64,000 nucleotides of DNA from IMG/VR virus record IMGVR_UViG_3300014204_000151, positions 1-64,000 of that record. One strand, written 5' to 3'. Origin of the DNA: a virus. Lineage: Duplodnaviria > Caudoviricetes. Position 1 is the first letter of the stretch, and every line of letters starts with the position of its first letter. The translations under genes were made by a program, and so were the position numbers. Positions 37,184 through 45,023 of this stretch are shown one piece after another. Below the pieces are notes generated by a model. That model saw nothing but the letters and a program-made list of their open reading frames with translations. It was not told where the DNA came from and searched no databases.

Positions 37184-39253
37184 ATGATAAAAACTTTAAG
37201 CGTAAAAAATTTTCGTTTATTAAAAAACTGCAAGTTTAATTTTAGTCAAATTAACTTAATAGACGGAATCAATAAAGATGTAAGTGATTGTCCGGCAAAT
37301 AGTTCGGGGAAGTCAACCTTAGTCCAAAGTTTGCTCTTTTGTTTAACGGGTGATGTTTATAAAATCACTCAAAAACAAATACTGCATAAAGGAACTAAAT
37401 CCGCAGAAGTTACCATACAAGCAGAAGAAAATGGACATTTGTATGATATTACCAGGTCTATTCCTTCTGATTTATCCATTAAAATTGATGGTGAAGATTT
37501 TAAAGCTAATACACCAACACTAAAACAGCCGGAGGTTGATAAACTCTATGGAGATAAACAATTTATTAAACAATTCCGCAACATGGGAAAGGATAAAGAA
37601 ACAGATTTATTGGCTATGGGGCCAGTTTCTATTCGTAAGGTTTTAATGGGGTTTGTAGACGATTTATTTGTTAATGCAAGACAGCAACTTTTAGACGAAT
37701 TAAACCATAGAGAACAATATTCTATAACCAAACGACCTTATTGTTTTTATTTATCAGAAAAAAGGTTACAAGTATTAAAAGAATCTTTAACCAAATTAAA
37801 ACAGAATCAATCTAACTTAGAACAAATAACTCACAATCAACAATTGCTCATTCAAAACATTAAAACTGATATAGCTAAAAAAGAATTGGTTGAAAAGCAA
37901 TTAAACTCTCAAATTAAATCAAATGAGGACTCTGTTATAAAAAATAAAACCGCTATTGATAATTATAAAACAAAGATAGAAGATATAAATAATATTACTC
38001 TTACTCTTCCAGAAAAAATAAATTATACGGAACAAATAGAATCAATAGAATCGGATATATCAAATTTTGAAGAGTTGATTGTAGAAATCCAATCCGAGTA
38101 TGATGTTAAATATAACATTTTTGAGAAATTAAGATATTCTCAATCTGACTTAGAATTAAAGATAAAAGATTCGCATAGTAAAATTGCCGATTGTGAAATA
38201 GAAATAAAAACTATTACTAAAGCTGTAAGCGGACAAAAATGTAATAAATGCGGCTCTTTAATTACAGAAGATAATAAATCCATTTATATTGCAGACCAAC
38301 AAAAATTGATTGAAGATTATACTGTTCAAAAAAATGGACACGAGTCTAATTTATTAGACATTAATACAAAACTATCAGAAATAGAAAAAGAATTAAATAC
38401 ATTAAAATCCCAGATACAATCGCATAACAATGAAATAAGCCGGTTTAGATTAGAAGTTAAAAACATTACCAATAAAAACACCAATCAAGAAGAACTTATC
38501 AACGAGTCTGCTCAACTGAATACAAAAAAGATTGCTGAAATAGAAAAATATAATTCTTTAATTACTTCTCTTAATGATACAATTAATTCTTTATTCGCTT
38601 CAAATCAAGAATTAGAGAACCAGTTAAAAGATATTCCTAATGAGTTAATGATATTGAAAGAACATTTGATAGAAGAAGAATCTTCTCTTTCTGACCAAAT
38701 TAAATCTAATACGCTTGTACAGAATAAAATAAAAAGAGTGGAATCTTTTATTATGAAATTATCAGAGTCATTCAAATTTTCTGAGTATAAGTTTACGGGG
38801 GTAGATTTATTTGAATACAAAGAATCAATTAAATTATTGGATAATTTTGCGGCTTTTTATGTTGCAGAATTTTTACAGAATCTGGAGATTGTAATAAATG
38901 GAATGATTTCTATTATCAATATGTCTATAAAATTTACAACGGATAAATCCTTTCTTACTATTAAAGATGGGGAAGAAGAGTATAGTTATGACGAATTAAG
39001 TTCTGGACAGCAAGCGGTGTTGAATATTATTTTCAAAAGTGGGGTTTTAATGACTCAAGGTATTCACTCCGGTTTCATTACCTCTGACGAGGCGTTAGAT
39101 ACGCTCCATAATACCAATTTTATTAAGCTTGTGGAGATATTAAAAACTCTTCCCTATCAGTACTTCTTAGTCAAACAAAATCCCCCAGAATTAGAAGGAG
39201 TTAATATTATAAAATTAGTTAGAGAAAATGGGGCAACTTCGGTTCAGGAATAA
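37184..39253 (+). CDS. SbcC/Rad50-like SMC ATPase
   Basis: NSSGKST, long coiled coil with CNKC zinc hook, LSSGQ, SDEALDTL. Confidence 0.88.
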   Translation: MIKTLSVKNFRLLKNCKFNFSQINLIDGINKDVSDCPANSSGKSTLVQSLLFCLTGDVYKITQKQILHKGTKSAEVTIQAEENGHLYDITRSIPSDLSIKIDGEDFKANTPTLKQPEVDKLYGDKQFIKQFRNMGKDKETDLLAMGPVSIRKVLMGFVDDLFVNARQQLLDELNHREQYSITKRPYCFYLSEKRLQVLKESLTKLKQNQSNLEQITHNQQLLIQNIKTDIAKKELVEKQLNSQIKSNEDSVIKNKTAIDNYKTKIEDINNITLTLPEKINYTEQIESIESDISNFEELIVEIQSEYDVKYNIFEKLRYSQSDLELKIKDSHSKIADCEIEIKTITKAVSGQKCNKCGSLITEDNKSIYIADQQKLIEDYTVQKNGHESNLLDINTKLSEIEKELNTLKSQIQSHNNEISRFRLEVKNITNKNTNQEELINESAQLNTKKIAEIEKYNSLITSLNDTINSLFASNQELENQLKDIPNELMILKEHLIEEESSLSDQIKSNTLVQNKIKRVESFIMKLSESFKFSEYKFTGVDLFEYKESIKLLDNFAAFYVAEFLQNLEIVINGMISIINMSIKFTTDKSFLTIKDGEEEYSYDELSSGQQAVLNIIFKSGVLMTQGIHSGFITSDEALDTLHNTNFIKLVEILKTLPYQYFLVKQNPPELEGVNIIKLVRENGATSVQE

Positions 39254-39269
39254 TAATGTATGCTATACT
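39249..39269 (+). promoter_or_regulatory. phage promoter motif copy
   Basis: AATAATAATGTATGCTATACT-TATAGT. Confidence 0.8.
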
Positions 39270-39318
39270 TATAGTAGAGAATAGATAAAGTTAAAGCACA
39301 TCTACGGTGGAGGCGTGA

Positions 39319-39966
39319 ATGGAAACAAAACTGACAAGTTTGGCAAAAGAATACAAAAAAACAAAGTCCGATAAAGTACTAAACGATATTTTTAAAGAAT
39401 TAGAAGAACCATTAAGAAAAAAAGCAAATTTTGTATATTATTCCCAAAGATTTGTTAAATCCAAGTTTTCTACTAATGATATTAATATTAACACAAAGAA
39501 AAGAGAATTTAAAAATAAGGTTAAAACTTTTAAGTTAAAAGATGTTAGAGGAATAGAAATAGAAGATATTCAGCAAGAACTATATTTACAAGTATTGCTT
39601 TTATTAAAAAATTATAATACTAAATCTCCTTTTGATAATTACTTATTTGGAACATTAAAAAAATGGCGACCTTCTTTTCTTCGAGAAAATAATTTTATTA
39701 AAGATTTAGATACTATTAGAGAAGATAAGTTATTTAATGAAGATGATTGTGGTGGAATTAATATTTTAGGAAAATCAGAAGAATCGGCGATAGAAATTCT
39801 TGATTTCTTTGAACCTCTAACAGATGAAGAAGAAAAATATATCCAGTTAAAAATAAAGAATCCAAACTTAAAAAAATCAGAAATAGAAAAGCGGTTAGGA
39901 ATAACACCTACAAACCTAAACAAATTAATAAAAAATATAAAGAATAAAACGTTGCGAGAGGAGTAA
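39319..39966 (+). CDS. sigma70/ECF-like RNA polymerase sigma factor
   Basis: Region 2-like EDIQQELYLQVLLLLKNYN...FDNYL; region 4-like HTH LTDEE...KSEIEKRLGITPTNLNKLIKNIKNK. Confidence 0.75.
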   Translation: METKLTSLAKEYKKTKSDKVLNDIFKELEEPLRKKANFVYYSQRFVKSKFSTNDININTKKREFKNKVKTFKLKDVRGIEIEDIQQELYLQVLLLLKNYNTKSPFDNYLFGTLKKWRPSFLRENNFIKDLDTIREDKLFNEDDCGGINILGKSEESAIEILDFFEPLTDEEEKYIQLKIKNPNLKKSEIEKRLGITPTNLNKLIKNIKNKTLREE

Positions 39967-39969
39967 GCC

Positions 39970-41154
39970 ATGAAAAAGATAATACTAATACTTTTAATTA
40001 TGATATTTAGTTTTTCAGAAGTTATTTTTGCAGGGAATTTCAATTATGGAAATGATGTTTATGAAAAGTGGGATGATATATTGATAATTAATTCTTTAGG
40101 TGATAATACTTCTATTTCTACTTTTGGAAAATTAGGGGCAAATGACTACATCCCAGAAAATAGCTTTAAAAATTTATTGGCGTACGAAGGATATTCCGTT
40201 GCTTATGATTATAACCCAAATTATGATGGATATTATTCCGATATTTATAATCAAAAGCTTCCTGATGAAAAATTAACTAAAATTACAATAGCGGGATTAG
40301 CGGGAGATCCAAGCGCAACGCAAGATGTTTATGTTTTAACTTCTGAGTATAATAGATTATCCGCTCAGGGACAAGCTGAAAGTATTGATAATTTAAACTA
40401 TGGTTTATCTTCCGAAGTTATTAATAGAATCAATGGAGATAAAGCTCTCTATACTAAAACACAAAATTTAGCGGATTATGTTGACTATATTTCTGATTTA
40501 AATTATGATGAACACTTAGAAATCAATGGAAAGATAACCAATGTTGAAAATAATTTAGATACCGAAGCCTCTCAACGAATAGCCAATGATACTTTTATAG
40601 CTAATTCTGTTATTGATGAAATTAATAATAGAGTTAATGCTGATTTACATTTGCAAGAAAACATAAATACCATTGATACTAATAGTAAAACACGAGATGG
40701 AATATTAAATGATAAAATATCAATAGAAACTCAAAATAGAATAATCGGAGATAATCAATTACAGAACAACATTAATGTAGAAACTAACAATCGGGTGAGT
40801 GCAGATAATCAGTTAAATGATAAGATAAATAATGTGGATAATAGAATAAGCCGGTTGGAGAAAACTCAGTATAATTTGAGAACCGAAATAAAATTTATTA
40901 AGCAAAAAAGGTTGGAAGTAGGAATTTATGGTGTTTATAATACGAATAGAAGAGTATGTTCTGAGGTAGGAATAAATATTGTAATACCTGTTGGAGAGAG
41001 TTATCAAGATAAAGAAAATAAGAAAATTAATCAACGCTTGGCGAATATTGAAAAAAAGTTGGGCAATGCTGTTGTTATGGAAAAAGTTGTTAATGAAAAA
41101 GGACAAGTAATCAGTATAAACATTGGTAGTTTTGATGTAAAAAATTCTTTCTAA
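39970..41154 (+). CDS. exported protein with YadA/trimeric-autotransporter-like coiled stalk and beta-strand anchor
   Basis: Signal peptide; E..NRI.GD..L...I repeats; C-terminal amphipathic strands. Confidence 0.6.
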   Translation: MKKIILILLIMIFSFSEVIFAGNFNYGNDVYEKWDDILIINSLGDNTSISTFGKLGANDYIPENSFKNLLAYEGYSVAYDYNPNYDGYYSDIYNQKLPDEKLTKITIAGLAGDPSATQDVYVLTSEYNRLSAQGQAESIDNLNYGLSSEVINRINGDKALYTKTQNLADYVDYISDLNYDEHLEINGKITNVENNLDTEASQRIANDTFIANSVIDEINNRVNADLHLQENINTIDTNSKTRDGILNDKISIETQNRIIGDNQLQNNINVETNNRVSADNQLNDKINNVDNRISRLEKTQYNLRTEIKFIKQKRLEVGIYGVYNTNRRVCSEVGINIVIPVGESYQDKENKKINQRLANIEKKLGNAVVMEKVVNEKGQVISINIGSFDVKNSF

Positions 41155-41337
41155 TACGGGAGATTATATGCAAGCAAAAGTAGTTGTGGAATTTACAATA
41201 AAAAATATCTGTCATCCAGAAGATTTAACTGGAAAGGTGGATACCCTATATAAAATGGTTCGATATTTAATAAAAGAAGAAGGATTGTTTGGAATCGTAT
41301 CAGATAAATACAAAATATTAGAAATAAAGGAGGGTTG

Positions 41338-41553
41338 ATGTTTAAAATTATTTGTTCCTATTGCGGGAGATTAACAAAAGCAAGAACCGATAAACTTCCA
41401 TTTGCTCTAAGAGAAAATAATAAAGTAACTGGGTATGTGTGTAACAAATGCATTAAAAAAATACAGTTTAAACAACTAATTAAGAAATATAAAATAGTAG
41501 AAAATGGAATTCCTTTTAGGCAACAATTACAAACCGCTATAGCTGAAAGTTGA
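41338..41553 (+). CDS. zinc-ribbon hypothetical protein
   Basis: GGAGG RBS, CSYC...CNKC. Confidence 0.6.
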   Translation: MFKIICSYCGRLTKARTDKLPFALRENNKVTGYVCNKCIKKIQFKQLIKKYKIVENGIPFRQQLQTAIAES

Positions 41554-41574
41554 AATACTAATTAATAAAATACT

Positions 41575-41781
41575 ATGAAAAAATATAATCAAAAGCTTAT
41601 AAACAAGTTAAATGAAGTATGGAAAGAAAATCCAGAGCTTAATTTTATACAACTATTGATTAATGCTATAACTTATAGATTGGAAACTCATACTGATTTT
41701 TATTATATTCAAGATGACGATTTACTTTTTTACCTAAAAGAATACCAAAAACTTTGCAAGTCTCTTAAAAAGGAGGATTAA
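41575..41781 (+). CDS. small phage protein
   Basis: W.ENPELNFIQLL...DFYYIQDDDL. Confidence 0.6.
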   Translation: MKKYNQKLINKLNEVWKENPELNFIQLLINAITYRLETHTDFYYIQDDDLLFYLKEYQKLCKSLKKED

Positions 41782-42146
41782 TGTTCATCTTAAAAATTCC
41801 TATAGCCTCCGCAGATAAACTTTTTAACGGAATTTCTTTTTCGGAAGACGCTCTTAAAGATATGGTGGCAAAGTTTAAGGTTAATAGCAGTCTCCTGGGA
41901 GTTTCTTATGTTGTTCCTAATACACAAGTTTCTTTGCCTTTAGGAGTAATACACGATTTAGAATACAACGAATCAAATAAAACTGTAGAAGCCACTCTGC
42001 ACATATCACTTAGTTTTAGTTTAGGAGGACAAGCAGTAACAAAATTATCAACTCCTAACGGAACTCGTATTACCGAATTTTCACTCAAAGGACTTGGTGC
42101 TTTTTTTACAATTCCACAACAACCACAATCAAAAATAATAAAATAA
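41781..42146 (+). CDS. hypothetical protein
   Basis: AGGAGG RBS, 121 aa. Confidence 0.65.
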   Translation: MFILKIPIASADKLFNGISFSEDALKDMVAKFKVNSSLLGVSYVVPNTQVSLPLGVIHDLEYNESNKTVEATLHISLSFSLGGQAVTKLSTPNGTRITEFSLKGLGAFFTIPQQPQSKIIK

Positions 42147-42171
42147 TTTGGTAAGACTACGGAGAACTAAA

Positions 42172-42423
42172 ATGCCACGAGGAAGACCGAAAAAAGAACC
42201 TGAGATTAAGCAAGAAATAGATTTAATCACTGAGCCAGACTCAGAAAGTAATCCACCAAAAGATATAGAGAGTGGTTTTAGCGATGTCAACAACCTTTGT
42301 AAAAAATGTACTCAAAAATGTAAACAATATAAACAAATCATTATTATTCACTGTCCAAACATAATTAGAAAACCAGAAGTTGTAGAGGAAATAATTGCTG
42401 AAGAAACAAATACGGATTTTTGA
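42172..42423 (+). CDS. hypothetical protein (AT-hook-like PRGRP, Cys cluster)
   Basis: MPRGRPKK; CKKC...CKQ...C. Confidence 0.6.
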   Translation: MPRGRPKKEPEIKQEIDLITEPDSESNPPKDIESGFSDVNNLCKKCTQKCKQYKQIIIIHCPNIIRKPEVVEEIIAEETNTDF

Positions 42424-42424
42424 T

Positions 42425-42532
42425 ATAACTCATTTATTTTCAAGGATTTATAACATATTTTTTAAATATCATAACCTATTGAATAATAAGGACTTACAAT
42501 AAGGGTTAAAAAATCGAGCTACGACGGCTCAG
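42425..42532 (+). repeat. composite element copy M
   Basis: ATAACTCATTT-ATTTT-CAAGGATTTAT, 19 bp, ATAACCTATTG-AATAA-TAAGGACTTAC, 17 bp, CGAGCTACGACGGCTCAG. Confidence 0.75.
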
Positions 42533-42564
42533 GATGAATAATCTTTAATCGAACGAGGTTATCT

Positions 42565-42714
42565 ATGGACGGCCAGAATTCAAGCTCAGAATACGAATTT
42601 GGAAAGTGTAGGCTTTGCAATAAAGATACAGTATTATTCAAGGGGTTGTGCATTGATTGTCAAAATACGGATGTTCCTGATTTTTTAAAAGAACTATTTG
42701 ACAAAAACCAATAA
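42565..42714 (+). CDS. small zinc-finger protein (49 aa)
   Basis: GAGG RBS, CRLC...CIDC. Confidence 0.55.
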   Translation: MDGQNSSSEYEFGKCRLCNKDTVLFKGLCIDCQNTDVPDFLKELFDKNQ

Positions 42715-42718
42715 ACCT

Positions 42719-42967
42719 ATGATTGTAACCTATTGTGATCTCTGTGGTTGTCCTATTCGTGAAGAGGTTATTTCTTTGAATATTTCAGAATTTATGGGTG
42801 ATAATAATGATTCTTTTTCCAATTCTAAAGGAAAATATAATACTTCAGAATACGAGATTTGTTCAACTTGTAAAAATATTATCTTTGAAATTTTTAAAAA
42901 GAGAATGATTGGAATATTGAAATTATCCTCGGATTTAAAAACGATTTATAATCTACCGAATAAATGA
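42719..42967 (+). CDS. zinc-ribbon hypothetical protein
   Basis: YCDLCG...EICSTC. Confidence 0.65.
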   Translation: MIVTYCDLCGCPIREEVISLNISEFMGDNNDSFSNSKGKYNTSEYEICSTCKNIIFEIFKKRMIGILKLSSDLKTIYNLPNK

Positions 42968-43512
42968 ACATATTTTTTTCGTCCGATTTTCACATTAATC
43001 ATAAAAATATAATTAAATATTGTAATAGACCTTTTTCTGATGTAGAAACCATGAATTCTACTATCATAAATCGTTGTAATGAAAGAGTTAAAGAAGATGA
43101 TCTGCTATTTTTCTTAGGAGATTTTATTTTTAAATCTGGGAGTGGACGTGGAGAAGGGGAACCTTATAAAGCTATAGATTATAAAAAATTAATAAATTGT
43201 AAAAATATTGTCTGGTGCGGTGGCAACCATGACCGGAACAACACATTAAAAACACCAATTAAAAAAATTATTATTAATCATGGTGGTAGAGACATCTGTC
43301 TGGTACACAACCCTTTACATATTGACTGGAATTATAATTTTCATATTACCGGGCACGTCCACGAAAAATGGATGTTCAAGTCTTTTGAAAAAAATGGAAG
43401 AGTGGTACACTGTTGTAATGTAAGCGTAGAGCAATGGAATTATTATCCCGTAACTTGGGAAAAAATAAATAAAGAGTATCAAAAATGGTTGAGGTCAAAT
43501 AAAAATGTTTAA
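42964..43512 (+). CDS. phage calcineurin-like phosphoesterase
   Basis: SDFHINH, FLGD, GNHD, HNP, GHVH, NVSVE. Confidence 0.88.
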   Translation: MNIFFSSDFHINHKNIIKYCNRPFSDVETMNSTIINRCNERVKEDDLLFFLGDFIFKSGSGRGEGEPYKAIDYKKLINCKNIVWCGGNHDRNNTLKTPIKKIIINHGGRDICLVHNPLHIDWNYNFHITGHVHEKWMFKSFEKNGRVVHCCNVSVEQWNYYPVTWEKINKEYQKWLRSNKNV

Positions 43513-43638
43513 AATTATTATTTTATTTTTTATTCTTTATTTTATTATAGTTCCTTTATTTATTGCTTTTTTATTTGCTGGTTTAACTGTAGATGGAATA
43601 AAAAAAACCTATAAAGTAATTTTTGGAGAAAACTTAAA

Positions 43639-44376
43639 ATGACGCAAGAAAATTTTTGGAAAACTCGGTCTGAAAAATATAATCAACTCAAATGGGTTAA
43701 AGATGATGATTATTTAGATAAAATAATCTCGGTCTGTAAACCTAAAAAATCTGATTTAGTTTTAGATGTTGGAACAGGTTCTGGGAAAATAGCTAAAACT
43801 TTAAAATCCCATTGTTACCATGTGGTAGGAATGGATATTTCTGTGGATATGATGTCTTATAATGAATGGGATGGGATGTCAAAAATTTGCAATGATATTC
43901 TTTCTCCTATTTTTAAAAATAATACCTTTGATTTAATAACCGCCAGAATGGTATTTCATCATGTTTCAGATGTTCTTCTTGGACTTAAAAATTGTTATAA
44001 TCTTTTAAAACCCAGCGGAAGAATAATAATAGCGGAAAGCATTCCACCATCAGATAATCCTGAAGTAATTAAATGGTGGAGCTATGCTCGCAGTTTTAAA
44101 GAACAAAGGCATACTTTCTCTTCAAGAATTTTACAAGAATATTTAAAACAATCTAATTTTAAAAATATAAAATCTTCCTATTATTATCAATCAAAAGAAA
44201 AATCCAGCACCAAAGAATGGTTGGCTAACAGTAGGTTACCTAAAGATAAACAAAATACTATTTATAATTTACATGTAAACGCTCCTGAAATAGTTAAAAC
44301 AGCTCATAAAATGATAATAACAAAAAACGATGTTTACTGTGAACACCGGCATATTATTATTTTTGGAGAAAAATAA
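43639..44376 (+). CDS. class I SAM-dependent methyltransferase (small-molecule/sugar type)
   Basis: VLDVGTGSG, GMDIS..M, FDLITARMVFHH, LKPSGRIII. Confidence 0.88.
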   Translation: MTQENFWKTRSEKYNQLKWVKDDDYLDKIISVCKPKKSDLVLDVGTGSGKIAKTLKSHCYHVVGMDISVDMMSYNEWDGMSKICNDILSPIFKNNTFDLITARMVFHHVSDVLLGLKNCYNLLKPSGRIIIAESIPPSDNPEVIKWWSYARSFKEQRHTFSSRILQEYLKQSNFKNIKSSYYYQSKEKSSTKEWLANSRLPKDKQNTIYNLHVNAPEIVKTAHKMIITKNDVYCEHRHIIIFGEK

Positions 44377-45023
44377 TGGACAATAATCAATCTTTTTGGG
44401 ATGATTATGTTAAAGATTTCGAATCTAATCCTGAAAATAAAAAATATAAACACTTGGGTAACAATTGGAAAGGTGAAAATATTTTTATTTCTTTACTAAA
44501 AAAATATTCATCAATAGATAAAATCGCACTGGAAATTGGATGTGGTGGGGGAAGAATTACGGAAATAGCAAGTCCTCTATTTAAACAGATTATAGCCACG
44601 GATATTTCCCCAGAAATGATAAATAAAGCCAGGAAAGAAACACCAGAAAACAACATACAATGGCAAACTAATAATGGCTTTGATTTTAATGATTTTTCAA
44701 ATTTAAGTATTGATTTTGTTTATTCACATGATGTTTTTGTTCACTTCTCATCAATGCAAACTTATCCTTATTTAAAACATATTCATAGAATTTTAAAACC
44801 TTCAGGAATTGGCATTATTTCTTTCTACAACTATGTACATCATTTTAATTTATTTAAAAATGAGAGCTGGAGATTCAATCAACATAAAATATTTCCACCT
44901 TCAATGCGACATCACTTTGTCACGCAACAAATGATTGAATTAATGTTAAACGATTTAAATTTCAAAATAGTCGAATTTAATTTAACCAATTTTTTAATTG
45001 TGGTGTTCTCAAAAAATGATTAA
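44376..45023 (+). CDS. class I SAM-dependent methyltransferase
   Basis: LEIGCGGGR, ATDISPEM, DFVYSHDVFVH, ILKPSG. Confidence 0.88.
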   Translation: MDNNQSFWDDYVKDFESNPENKKYKHLGNNWKGENIFISLLKKYSSIDKIALEIGCGGGRITEIASPLFKQIIATDISPEMINKARKETPENNIQWQTNNGFDFNDFSNLSIDFVYSHDVFVHFSSMQTYPYLKHIHRILKPSGIGIISFYNYVHHFNLFKNESWRFNQHKIFPPSMRHHFVTQQMIELMLNDLNFKIVEFNLTNFLIVVFSKND

